DNA of 62,676 nucleotides from an uncultured Bacilli bacterium (GCA_934130485.1 CAKOYE010000001.1:1-62676), one strand, 5' to 3'. Shown: positions 20,120 to 29,779, numbered from the stretch's first letter. Notes: generated by a model from the letters alone, not told the origin. Numbers and translations are program-made.

Positions 20120-20170
20120 AATAGTTTTTGTAAGCAAAATATTTAAAATAAATCACTTACAAAAACTATT
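20120..20170. repeat. Perfect 15-bp inverted repeat (hairpin) between the IS and the hisS RBS
   Basis: aatagtttttgtaag (20120-34) and cttacaaaaactatt (20156-70) with a 21-nt loop. On the minus strand it is followed by ttttctt. Confidence 0.6.
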
Positions 20171-20188
20171 ATACGAGGAGTATAGTTT

Positions 20189-21469
20189 ATGATACAAAAA
20201 GCAAAAGGAACTTATGATTTATTTGGTGAAAGTGGAAAAAAAGTAATATATTTAAAACAATTACTTGAAAGCGTAATGAATAAATATAATTATGAATATA
20301 TAAAAACACCTATTTTTGAATCTAGTGAATTATTTCATAGAGGTGTAGGTGAAACTAGTGACATAGTTTCAAAAGAAACTTACGATTTTGTTGATAGAGG
20401 AAATCGTAATATGACTTTAAGACCAGAAGGAACTGCCGGTGTAGTTAGAAGTTTTATTGAAAATAAAATGTATGGTGAAGGTAGTATGCCTATAAAATTA
20501 TGGTATTTTGGTCCAATGTATCGCTACGAAAGACCACAATCTGGTAGATATCGTGAATTTTTACAGTTTGGTGTTGAAACATTTGGTAGTAATGATCCTA
20601 TGATTGATGCTGAAATAATAAGCATACCAGTTAATTTTTATAAATTACTTGGACTTAAAGGCATTAAAGTTAATATTAATACACTAGGTGATACAGAATC
20701 AAGACTCAAATATCGTGAGGCTTTATTGAATTATTTTAGACCACACATTGATTCATTATGTGAAGACTGTAAAAAAAGATTTGAAAAAAATCCACTTAGA
20801 ATATTAGATTGTAAAGTAGATCATGATTTAGATATAATGAAAAATGTTCCTAAAATATATGACTATTTAAATGAAACAAGTAAAAAGCATTTCGAAGATG
20901 TACAAAAATATTTAAAATGTTTAAATATAGAGTATGTAGTTAATCCTAACATCGTTAGAGGACTTGATTATTATACTCATACTGTTTTTGAGGTTGAAGC
21001 TTCTGTTGCTGGATTTGGTAGTCAAAATATTTTGGGTGCTGGTGGAAGATACGATGGATTAGTGGAAACGATAGGAGGTCCTTCTACTCCTGGAGTAGGA
21101 TTTGCACTTGGTATTGAAAGATTATTAACAGCTCTAGATTATGAAAATATTAAATTACCAATAGATAATGAATTAGATATATATATAATTCCTATGAACG
21201 ATGAAGCAAAAGGATATTCAAGTTATGTATTAAATAATATTCGTATGAATGGTTTTAGTTGTGATATAGATTATATGTCAAGAAACATAAAAAGTAATTT
21301 CCGCCAAGCTGATAGATTAAAGGCAAAATATGTTATTATTGTTGGTGAAGATGAAATAAAAACAAAAAAATTAACTATAAAAAATAATAACACAAAAGAA
21401 GAATTTAAAGTGAATGAAGAAGATATAATTGATTTTTTTGATGAGATGGTTGATGATTCTAATGAATAA
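20189..21469 (+). CDS. hisS: Histidine--tRNA ligase
   Basis: Class II motifs LRPEGTAGVVRSF, MYRYERPQSGRYREFLQFG and GAGGRYDGLV. 426 aa. RBS GAGGAG. Confidence 0.93.
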   Translation: MIQKAKGTYDLFGESGKKVIYLKQLLESVMNKYNYEYIKTPIFESSELFHRGVGETSDIVSKETYDFVDRGNRNMTLRPEGTAGVVRSFIENKMYGEGSMPIKLWYFGPMYRYERPQSGRYREFLQFGVETFGSNDPMIDAEIISIPVNFYKLLGLKGIKVNINTLGDTESRLKYREALLNYFRPHIDSLCEDCKKRFEKNPLRILDCKVDHDLDIMKNVPKIYDYLNETSKKHFEDVQKYLKCLNIEYVVNPNIVRGLDYYTHTVFEVEASVAGFGSQNILGAGGRYDGLVETIGGPSTPGVGFALGIERLLTALDYENIKLPIDNELDIYIIPMNDEAKGYSSYVLNNIRMNGFSCDIDYMSRNIKSNFRQADRLKAKYVIIVGEDEIKTKKLTIKNNNTKEEFKVNEEDIIDFFDEMVDDSNE

Positions 21470-21911
21470 ATTTGATTTTAATAGTTATAAAAGTTTAAAA
21501 GATATAATAGGTTATGATGGATTTATAGATAGAGATGGATTGTTTTATAGAGTTAAAAGAAGACATTCTTGCGATATAAATTGTTCTCATATAAATTGGG
21601 CTGAACAATATATTAATCAAGATATGAAAAAATTAAAAACTATTTTAACACCTAGTTATAGTATGATTTATACACTATCTAAATTGAGAGATAAACAAGA
21701 TATATTAATACATATTTTTGGATTTGTTTATTATAGTCATGATCATTTAACTAATGAACCAATTATTATAACACCGGACCCAATATATAATGATAAAAAA
21801 ATAACTGATGAGCAATTAAATACTTTATATAAAATAATGGAATATAATATGGAAAAACCGTTAGAACATGAAGTTTTTCTAAATCCAGATTACTATAAAA
21901 AATATAGATAG
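21462..21911 (+). CDS. Hypothetical protein (149 aa) embedded between hisS and aspS
   Basis: Its ATG overlaps the hisS stop (aATGaaTAA). It ends 10 nt before aspS. No recognisable motif. Confidence 0.55.
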   Translation: MNKFDFNSYKSLKDIIGYDGFIDRDGLFYRVKRRHSCDINCSHINWAEQYINQDMKKLKTILTPSYSMIYTLSKLRDKQDILIHIFGFVYYSHDHLTNEPIIITPDPIYNDKKITDEQLNTLYKIMEYNMEKPLEHEVFLNPDYYKKYR

Positions 21912-21920
21912 GAGTAAATT

Positions 21921-23231
21921 ATGAAAATAAATTTTAATGAATTAAAAAATTATGAAAATGAAGAAATAATAATACAAGGTTTTGTTGATAAAATAAGAAA
22001 TTTACAATATGTACAATTTGTAATATTAAGAGATTCAACTGGAAAAGTTCAAATTACAATTGAAAAAAATGAAGAAAATGCTAAAATGGTAGAAATAATT
22101 GATAATTTAACGCAAGAAAGTACATTAAAAGTTAAAGGGAAAGTTTTAATAAATGAGAAAGTTAAAATGGGTGGTATTGAGATTATTCCAAATTCTATAA
22201 CAGTTACTTCTTTATCACTTCCAGAATTACCTCTTGATATAAAAAGTAAAGATAGTTCTTTAAGAGAAACAAGATTAGATTATCGTTTTCTAGATTTACG
22301 TAGAGAAGAAAATAATTTGTTTTTTAAATGTGAAACAATACTTGAACAAGCATTTAGAGAATACTGTGTAGATAAAGGGTTTATTGAAATTCATTCGCCA
22401 AAAATTGCTGCGGGAGCAGCAGAAAGTGGAGCAGAGGTATTTAAAATAGATTATTTTGGTCAAACTGCCTGCCTTTCTCAATCACCACAATTTTATAAAC
22501 AAATGGCAATGGCTGCTGGTTTTGATAAAGTATTTGAAATAGGTCCTGCATTTAGAGCAGAAAATTCTCATACATCATATCACGCTACTGAAATTAATAT
22601 GGCTGATGTTGAAATTTCTTGGATTGATTCATTTTCTGATGTAATGGATATGGAAGAAGAATGGATTAAATATGCACTTTCTAAAGTAAAAGAAAAATAT
22701 GGTGAAGAAATTAAAAAATTATTTAATGTAGAAATAAGTGATACAACTATTAAATTTCCTCGTATTACATTTAAAGAAGCAAAAGAAATATTAAAAAATG
22801 AGTTTAATTATATTGGAGAAAAAGAAGACGATTTTGAAAGAAAAGAAGAAAATTTATTATGTAAGTACGCTAAACAAAAATATAATTGTGATTTCATATT
22901 TGTTACAAAATTTCCTTTCGCTGCAAGACCATTTTATCATATGTTAGATGAAGATGGAATTACAAACAGTTATGATTTATTATTTAAAGGAATTGAAATA
23001 ACTACTGGTGCACAAAGAGAACATAGAGTTGATATATTAAGAAAACAAATGATTGAGAAAGATGTTAATCCAGAATCATTAGAATTTTACCTAGATTTCT
23101 TTAAATATGGATGTCCTCCACATGGTGGATTTGCAATTGGTATTGCTAGAATTATGATGCAAATATTTGAAATTGATAATATAAGAGAAGCAACATTTAT
23201 CTATAGAGGTCCTACAAGGCTTAATCCATAA
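21921..23231 (+). CDS. aspS: Aspartate--tRNA ligase, archaeal/type-2 form (436 aa)
   Basis: OB-fold N-terminus, class II core GPAFRAENSHT and GGFAIGIARIMM. The C-terminus ...RGPTRLNP is AspRS-like rather than the AsnRS C-terminus. Confidence 0.85.
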   Translation: MKINFNELKNYENEEIIIQGFVDKIRNLQYVQFVILRDSTGKVQITIEKNEENAKMVEIIDNLTQESTLKVKGKVLINEKVKMGGIEIIPNSITVTSLSLPELPLDIKSKDSSLRETRLDYRFLDLRREENNLFFKCETILEQAFREYCVDKGFIEIHSPKIAAGAAESGAEVFKIDYFGQTACLSQSPQFYKQMAMAAGFDKVFEIGPAFRAENSHTSYHATEINMADVEISWIDSFSDVMDMEEEWIKYALSKVKEKYGEEIKKLFNVEISDTTIKFPRITFKEAKEILKNEFNYIGEKEDDFERKEENLLCKYAKQKYNCDFIFVTKFPFAARPFYHMLDEDGITNSYDLLFKGIEITTGAQREHRVDILRKQMIEKDVNPESLEFYLDFFKYGCPPHGGFAIGIARIMMQIFEIDNIREATFIYRGPTRLNP

Positions 23232-23233
23232 AA

Positions 23234-23262
23234 AATAACAAAATTTATTTTGTTATTTTTTA
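23234..23262. terminator. Bidirectional terminator after aspS
   Basis: aataacaaaat / tt / attttgttatt, with an A-run before and a T-run after. Confidence 0.7.
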
Positions 23263-23468
23263 TTAACGTTTAAATTATTTGCTTTTGAAAATATTTCAAT
23301 TTTTTGATCTATTACCGTTAGAAAATTACTTAATGTATTTATCTTATTATAGCTTGATTTAATTTTTTTGAAATTATTTGCAACTGAATGATATAAAATT
23401 AAATTTATAATAATTGCAGATAATATTATTGATAATTTTGAAACAATATTATAATTTTTATTAGACAT
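23253..23468 (-). CDS. Small membrane protein (71 aa), hypothetical
   Basis: Strong RBS aaggaga 7 nt upstream of the ATG and one TM segment (LSIILSAIIINLILY). Confidence 0.5.
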   Translation of the reverse strand: MSNKNYNIVSKLSIILSAIIINLILYHSVANNFKKIKSSYNKINTLSNFLTVIDQKIEIFSKANNLNVNKK

Positions 23469-23568
23469 ATAATTTTATCTCCTTTTTTAGTTCGATATTA
23501 TAGTTTCAAATTAATTAATAATTTAAAAAAACAAGTAATAAAGTACTTGTTTGCTTTTAAAATATATT

Positions 23569-25020
23569 TTAAAAATTATTATTAATTAAATCTTCTAAAT
23601 AATCAAGTTGTTGATTCGAATCATTTATTAAAGAATTGGATTGATTATTATTTATGTTTTCAATCTTTGGTTGAGGTGATACAGCTTTGTTAGATGGAAT
23701 ATCAAAATGCATTGTTTCTTGCTGAGGCTCTTTACTTACTAGATTTTTTATTTGTAAATTGTTTTTTTCACCAATCTCATCAATTATATCAAAAGCTTCT
23801 TCTTTATCATCATCTTCTAATTCAACAATTTTTAAAATTTCTTCTAATGTAGTTTGACCTTGCAAAACCTTTTCCAATCCATCTTGAAGTAGGGTAGTAA
23901 CATCAGACTTATAAACTAAATGTCTCAATTTATCTTTTCTAACGTTAGAACTAATAGCATCTCTTATCTCTTGATTAATTAAAAGTACTTCGTGAATTGC
24001 GATACGTCCTTGATATCCATTCGAACATTCATCACATCCTTCATTTGAATAAATTTCTGTAATATTTTTATCAAGAATTTTTTTAAATAAATCCCTTTCA
24101 TATTCATTTGTAGGACGGAGTTTTTTACAATGTGGACAAAGTTTACGTGCTAATTTTTGAGATATTATTCCAGTTAGTGCACTTGCAAGTAAGTATCTTT
24201 GTACATCCATATCAAGTAAACGTTCAATAGTAGTTAATGAATCGTTTGTATGAAGTGTTGATAGAACGATATGCCCTGTAATAGATGCTCTAACGGCAAT
24301 TTGCGCTGTTTCAGTATCACGAATTTCTCCAATCATTATAACATTTGGATCTTGACGTAAAATTGATCTTAATGCATTTGCAAAAGTTAGGCCTATTTCA
24401 CTATTTGTTTGAACCTGGTTTATACCTTCAATATTCATTTCAATAGGGTCTTCTACGGTAATTATATTTGTATCCTCTTTATTTAATCTTTGTAACATTG
24501 AGTAAACTGTTGTTGATTTACCACTACCAGTTGCACCAGTTACTAATATAATTCCATTCGGTGTACTAATCATTTCTAAAACTTTTCTATAATTTTGTTC
24601 CGAAAAACCTAGACTTTCAATTCCACTTAAACTCATACTATAATCCAAAATACGAATAACAATTTTTTCACCCTCATTTGTCGGTAAACAAGATACACGT
24701 AGATCCAAAGGAACTCCCTGTAAAGTAGCTTTTATGGCACCATCTTGTGGTAATCTAGACTCAGTTATGTTCATTCCTGCAATTATTTTAACGCGTGTTA
24801 CTAAATTCTTTTTTATTTCGTTTGGAACATCTGTATAATCGATTAATTGTCCATCAATTCTTATTCTAATTTTCATATGGTTATCCATAGGATCAAAATG
24901 TATATCACTAGCACCACGTTTTGATGCATCAACTAATATATCATTTACGATCTCAACAACCGGCATTTTTCCATAGTCGTATATTTTTAGCATAAAAAAA
25001 TTCATCCCCTTTTTATTCAA
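23569..25020 (-). CDS. Type II/IV secretion ATPase (ComGA/PilB/GspE family) with a C-terminal low-complexity extension
   Basis: Walker A GATGSGKSTT, Asp box, Walker B IMIGEIRD, His box LSTLHTN and tetra-Cys CPHC...CDEC. A roughly 80 aa D/E/N/Q-rich tail follows. The start is uncertain (M1, M6 or M10). Confidence 0.85.
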   Translation of the reverse strand: MNKKGMNFFMLKIYDYGKMPVVEIVNDILVDASKRGASDIHFDPMDNHMKIRIRIDGQLIDYTDVPNEIKKNLVTRVKIIAGMNITESRLPQDGAIKATLQGVPLDLRVSCLPTNEGEKIVIRILDYSMSLSGIESLGFSEQNYRKVLEMISTPNGIILVTGATGSGKSTTVYSMLQRLNKEDTNIITVEDPIEMNIEGINQVQTNSEIGLTFANALRSILRQDPNVIMIGEIRDTETAQIAVRASITGHIVLSTLHTNDSLTTIERLLDMDVQRYLLASALTGIISQKLARKLCPHCKKLRPTNEYERDLFKKILDKNITEIYSNEGCDECSNGYQGRIAIHEVLLINQEIRDAISSNVRKDKLRHLVYKSDVTTLLQDGLEKVLQGQTTLEEILKIVELEDDDKEEAFDIIDEIGEKNNLQIKNLVSKEPQQETMHFDIPSNKAVSPQPKIENINNNQSNSLINDSNQQLDYLEDLINNNF

Positions 25021-25093
25021 TAAGACTAGATTTTACCATAAATATATTATATAATATATTTATAATAATATCAATAATAAAGGGGAAAAGTTT

Positions 25094-25657
25094 ATGAAAA
25101 AAAATAAAATGGGATTTATGCTTGTTGAAACACTAATAGTTTCTACTTTGGTTTCAACTATTTTAGTCGTTTTATTTGTTCAATTTAATAATATTGTAAA
25201 AAATTTTAGTAAAGATTTTCATTATAATAATGTCAGTGAATTATATGCGACACAAAATATAAAAAAATTTATTATGCTAGATAATAATGGTGAATTTTAC
25301 ACAAACTTAAAAGCTTTTTTAAATGAGAGTATTACTGCAAATAATGATTTTTATTTAAAAATTATACCAAATTGTAGCAATAATAATTTAAATGCATATA
25401 GAACCTCAGATTGTGAAAAATTTTCTAAAATAACAGATTTTTATGGTGTAAAACAAATTTTGTTTACTATGGAATATGTTGACTTAAAAGATTCTGATTA
25501 TACTTCCCTTGATAGTCCAAACTTTGTAAAATTTATAAAAAGTATAAATGGAAATAAAAATATTAAAATAAATGAAAACAACGAACTAACATACGATTAT
25601 AGAATAATTATAGAATTTGAAAATAATAGATATGCCACTTTAAAAGTAGAAGGTTAG
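25094..25657 (+). CDS. Pseudopilin-like protein (187 aa)
   Basis: N-terminus MKKNKMG/FMLVETLIVSTLVSTILVVLF is a prepilin-type leader with E+5. Confidence 0.65.
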   Translation: MKKNKMGFMLVETLIVSTLVSTILVVLFVQFNNIVKNFSKDFHYNNVSELYATQNIKKFIMLDNNGEFYTNLKAFLNESITANNDFYLKIIPNCSNNNLNAYRTSDCEKFSKITDFYGVKQILFTMEYVDLKDSDYTSLDSPNFVKFIKSINGNKNIKINENNELTYDYRIIIEFENNRYATLKVEG

Positions 25658-25669
25658 GGGATTATAATT

Positions 25670-26125
25670 ATGAAAAAAAATAAAGGATTTACACTTGTAG
25701 AAGTAATTGTTTCATTTGCACTTACAATGATTATTGTCTTATTTTTGTTTCAAATAATTATTACATTAAAAAGAATATATACTGATAATTTTTTGACTTC
25801 TGATTTAATACTAAAACAATCTAATATTAGTCAAATGATTAATAAAGATTTAAGTATTAGCAAATTAGGTAGCGCTATGGATGTTAAAATGGATGCAGTA
25901 AGCAATTGTTACAATATAAATTTTCAATATGGAGTTAGAAATATTTGTTATAATAAGGAAAACAATACAGTTAGTTATAATGATTATGAATTTAAACTTA
26001 TTAATGGAAGCGTGATTGGTGATGCTAATGTAGAAATTATTGATAATATGCTTTTTATCAAAATTCCTGTAACATACCCTGATATTGATGATAATTTTGA
26101 TATAAATATAATTTATTTTGAATAA
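25670..26125 (+). CDS. Pseudopilin-like protein (151 aa)
   Basis: MKKNKG/FTLVEVIVSFALTMIIVLFLF prepilin-type leader. Confidence 0.7.
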   Translation: MKKNKGFTLVEVIVSFALTMIIVLFLFQIIITLKRIYTDNFLTSDLILKQSNISQMINKDLSISKLGSAMDVKMDAVSNCYNINFQYGVRNICYNKENNTVSYNDYEFKLINGSVIGDANVEIIDNMLFIKIPVTYPDIDDNFDINIIYFE

Positions 26126-26175
26126 TTAAAAGGAAAGTCTTTAGTTAATCTTGAATAATTAATTGGAGGCTTTTT

Positions 26176-28095
26176 ATGTGTGATAATTATTTAGATAATA
26201 TATTTAATAAATTAGATTTAAATATTAAATTGGACGATGAGCAAAAAAAAGTTGTTTTGAATGATTCTAAAAATTGTTTAGTGATAGCAGGTGCAGGAAG
26301 TGGAAAAACAACTGTAATAAGCGCTAAAGTGAAATATTTAATAGATATTAAAAATATCAATCAAAACGAAATACTTGTAATTTCATTTACAAGAGAATCA
26401 GTTAATGATTTAAAAAAACAAATAATTGATGGTTTAAAATTAGAAATTTCAATTCAAACCTTTCATAAATTAGCTCTTTCTATTATTGGAAAGGATACCC
26501 TATATAAAATTTGTGATAATTTAGAAAATATATTAAATATATATTTTTTAAGAGATATTTATTTTACATCTAATTATTTGAACTATTTAAATTATCTATA
26601 TACTTTTATTTATAATCAAAACAAAAATAATTTTAAAATAAATAATAAAGTTTTAGTAACAAATTTAGAAGAGATCGCAATTATAAATTTCTTAAATTTA
26701 GCAAAAATTAAATTTAAATATAAAATTATAAATTTTAATAATATAATTTCAAAATTTATATTATATATAGAAAATAATATTATAGTTATAAATTATTTAA
26801 TTAAATATAAAAGAAAAATTAAAAAAAAGAATATTTATAATATCATTAAAGGTAATGATGCAATTCTCAATCTAAGAAAAATACTAGAAAAAATTGGTAT
26901 TTATAAATATGATATAGTAGAAAATAATGATTTTGAATACCTAAAATTTTTAAATATATGTTGTTCTTTTATAAATTGCTATAAAGTTAATAATATTAAT
27001 GAAATATTTTTCTCTAGCTTAATTAAGAAATACGAAAAGAATTATCAAATATCTTTGTTTTTAAATGTAATTTTTAATGCTTATAAATACTATACAAATC
27101 ATAATAAAATTAATCATATTTTAGATTTTAATGATATTATTAATAAGGCCATAGAAAAATTAAAAAGAGAAAAATTTACGAAATATAAATATGTAATAAT
27201 AGATGAATTTCAAGATATTTCAAAAAACAGATTAGAAATAATTAAATATTTAAGTAAGTATAAAGCAAATATAATTGCGTGTGGTGATGATTGGCAAGCA
27301 ATATTTGGTTTTGCAGGTTCAGATGTAAATTTATTTATAGATTTTCCTAAAATAATAAAAAATTGTGAAGTCTTAAAAATAACAAATACTTATAGAAATA
27401 GTAAACAACTTATTGATATTTCTGGTAATTTTATAATGAAAAATAATCATCAATTAAAAAAGGAATTAATGTCAGAAAAAAATTTAGATAAACCTATAAT
27501 AATTAATTTTTATAATGATAAAACCGATATAGCAAAACTTATATACAATATCATTTTAAATATATTTAATAAATGTTCTAGTAGCAGTATCCTAATTCTT
27601 GGTAGATATAAATTTAGTATAAATAAAATAATCGATAAGGAATATTTTGATTTAAAGAATAATCGTTTGATTTGTTTAAAAGAAAATATCAATATAACTT
27701 TTTTAACAGTTCATTCATCAAAAGGATTAACATTTGACGAAACAATTATTTTAGATATGGATAATAATATTTATGGTTTTCCATCGCAGATTACCGATAA
27801 TTTAGAATTATCTATATTGAAATGTAAAGATAAATTTTATCTTGAAGAAGAAAGAAGACTGTTTTATGTTGCACTAACTAGAACAAGAGGTCATAACTAT
27901 CTTTTTTCTTCTATAGATAAAATATCACCATACATATATGAACTTTTAAATTTAAAAGGAATTGAAGTTATAAATCATACGAAAAACAAAATAAAAAAAA
28001 ATATAGTACTATGCAAAAATTGTGGTTATTTTTTTAAAAATAATATTAAATTTAAACATATTTGCCCTAATTGTAGTAATATCATTTCAAAATAA
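26176..28095 (+). CDS. UvrD/Rep/helicase IV-like SF1 helicase with a C-terminal zinc ribbon
   Basis: Motif I AGAGSGKTT, motif II DEFQD, TVHSSKGLTFD, VALTRTR, and a terminal CKNCG...CPNCS. Confidence 0.8.
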   Translation: MCDNYLDNIFNKLDLNIKLDDEQKKVVLNDSKNCLVIAGAGSGKTTVISAKVKYLIDIKNINQNEILVISFTRESVNDLKKQIIDGLKLEISIQTFHKLALSIIGKDTLYKICDNLENILNIYFLRDIYFTSNYLNYLNYLYTFIYNQNKNNFKINNKVLVTNLEEIAIINFLNLAKIKFKYKIINFNNIISKFILYIENNIIVINYLIKYKRKIKKKNIYNIIKGNDAILNLRKILEKIGIYKYDIVENNDFEYLKFLNICCSFINCYKVNNINEIFFSSLIKKYEKNYQISLFLNVIFNAYKYYTNHNKINHILDFNDIINKAIEKLKREKFTKYKYVIIDEFQDISKNRLEIIKYLSKYKANIIACGDDWQAIFGFAGSDVNLFIDFPKIIKNCEVLKITNTYRNSKQLIDISGNFIMKNNHQLKKELMSEKNLDKPIIINFYNDKTDIAKLIYNIILNIFNKCSSSSILILGRYKFSINKIIDKEYFDLKNNRLICLKENINITFLTVHSSKGLTFDETIILDMDNNIYGFPSQITDNLELSILKCKDKFYLEEERRLFYVALTRTRGHNYLFSSIDKISPYIYELLNLKGIEVINHTKNKIKKNIVLCKNCGYFFKNNIKFKHICPNCSNIISK

Positions 28096-28147
28096 TAAAA
28101 CTTTATGATATAATATAAATGTGGTTATATACGGAAAAGGTGTTAAA

Positions 28148-29071
28148 ATGAAAAAATGCGTTGTTATTTATAATCCAAATAGTGGTAAAAAAAATAAAGA
28201 TATTTTTTTAAAACAATATAAACAAATTTTAGAAAATAATGATTATGAAGTCACAACTTTTTTTACAAAATATCATGGACACGCTATTGAAATTGTCGAA
28301 AATTTAGATAATCCTGATTTAGTTATTTCAGTCGGTGGAGATGGAACATTTAATGAAGTAATGACTGGAAATTTTAAACGCGAAAAAAAAGTTTTGTTAG
28401 CGCACATTCCACTAGGCACTACAAATGATATTGGTTCTATGTTTGGATATACTAAAAATCCTATCAATAATTTAAAACTAATTATGAATAGTGGTGTAGT
28501 AAAAAAAATTGATATATGTACATTAAACGGAGAACCTTTTGTGTATGTGGCAGGTTTTGGTAAATTTATGAATATTCCTTATGAAACATCAAGAGATTTA
28601 AAGAAAAAATATGGTTATTTAGCTTATATTTTAGAAGGAGCAAAAAGTTTTAGAGCAAAAACAAATTTATATGATATAACTTATGAAATCGACGGAGAGG
28701 TTTATAGAGGATTATATTCATTTATGATTGCCTCAAATGCAAACAGAATTGCTGGTGTTAATAATTTTTTTAAAGATATTAAACTTGATGATGATCGTTT
28801 TGAAGTTTTATTTTGTAATCTATCAACAAAAAAAGATATTATTAAAAGTTTATATTATTTAAAAATGCACGATATTACTAAAGTGCCTGGTTTTTATTTT
28901 CACAAAACTAATAATTTAAAAATTACATTTAATGATTTAAACCGTAAAAAATGGTGTATAGATGGTGAAAAATATGAAGAAAATACTAATACTTTTGACA
29001 TAAGAGTTGTATCAGGAATTCAAATTATGCTTCCCAATAAAAAAATTGATACTTTATTTATTAATAAATAG
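28148..29071 (+). CDS. dagK: Diacylglycerol/lipid kinase (DagK/YegS family)
   Basis: VIYNPNSGKK, GGDGTFNEV and PLGTTND motifs. Start moved to MKKCVVIYNP. Confidence 0.85.
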   Translation: MKKCVVIYNPNSGKKNKDIFLKQYKQILENNDYEVTTFFTKYHGHAIEIVENLDNPDLVISVGGDGTFNEVMTGNFKREKKVLLAHIPLGTTNDIGSMFGYTKNPINNLKLIMNSGVVKKIDICTLNGEPFVYVAGFGKFMNIPYETSRDLKKKYGYLAYILEGAKSFRAKTNLYDITYEIDGEVYRGLYSFMIASNANRIAGVNNFFKDIKLDDDRFEVLFCNLSTKKDIIKSLYYLKMHDITKVPGFYFHKTNNLKITFNDLNRKKWCIDGEKYEENTNTFDIRVVSGIQIMLPNKKIDTLFINK

Positions 29072-29086
29072 TTAGGTGTTGAATTA

Positions 29087-29779
29087 ATGATAAATATTTA
29101 CAATATAAAAATAATATTTCTACTTTTTATTTTTTATTCCGTAATTGGATGGATCATAGAAGTTTTAGACCAGTTTTATAGACAAAAAAGGTTTATAAAT
29201 AGAGGATTTTTAATAGGACCATATTGTCCAGTGCACGGTATTGGTGCATTACTTATGATTTTATTATTAAGCGGTATAACCGATAGTTATATAGTTTTAT
29301 TTTTTAGTGCAGCCATTATTTGTACACTCTTAGAGTATATTACAAGTTTTTTGCTTGAAAAAATTTTTAAAGCTAGATGGTGGGATTACACTTGTTATAA
29401 ATTTAATTTAAATGGTAGAGTATGTTTACAAAATAGTATTTTTTTTGGAATAGCAGGAGTATTTATTGTAAAAATTGCTAATCCATTTATGGTTAAAATC
29501 ATTATAAAAAACATTACAAATTTAAATATTATTTGTTTAATATTTGGAATTATTTTTATCTTAGATTTAATTGTGTCATTTAATGTAATAGTAAAATTTA
29601 AAAATATTGCAAATAGTTTAACAAAAGATAGTACTGAAGAAATTTCAAGTAGAGTAAAAAAAATATTATCAAATAAATCAATTTTATTTAAAAGACTTAT
29701 TAATGCTTTTCCTAATTTAAAAAATAATGCAAAAAAAATTAAAGATAATATTATAAATATCTTTAATTTTACAAAATAA
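29087..29779 (+). CDS. Membrane protein of the putative 'ABC-transporter type IV' family (PF06541-like)
   Basis: SVIGWIIEVL...GFLIGPYCPVHGIGA signature and multiple TM segments. Confidence 0.6.
   Translation: MINIYNIKIIFLLFIFYSVIGWIIEVLDQFYRQKRFINRGFLIGPYCPVHGIGALLMILLLSGITDSYIVLFFSAAIICTLLEYITSFLLEKIFKARWWDYTCYKFNLNGRVCLQNSIFFGIAGVFIVKIANPFMVKIIIKNITNLNIICLIFGIIFILDLIVSFNVIVKFKNIANSLTKDSTEEISSRVKKILSNKSILFKRLINAFPNLKNNAKKIKDNIINIFNFTK

Larger units (their letters stand above)
18350..20170 (-). mobile_element. IS110-family insertion sequence (boundaries approximate)
   Basis: Contains a DEDD-type IS110 transposase gene, is locally more GC-rich than the flanks and has long non-coding arms. 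No terminal inverted repeats are seen, as expected for IS110. The ends cannot be fixed from a single copy. Confidence 0.7.
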
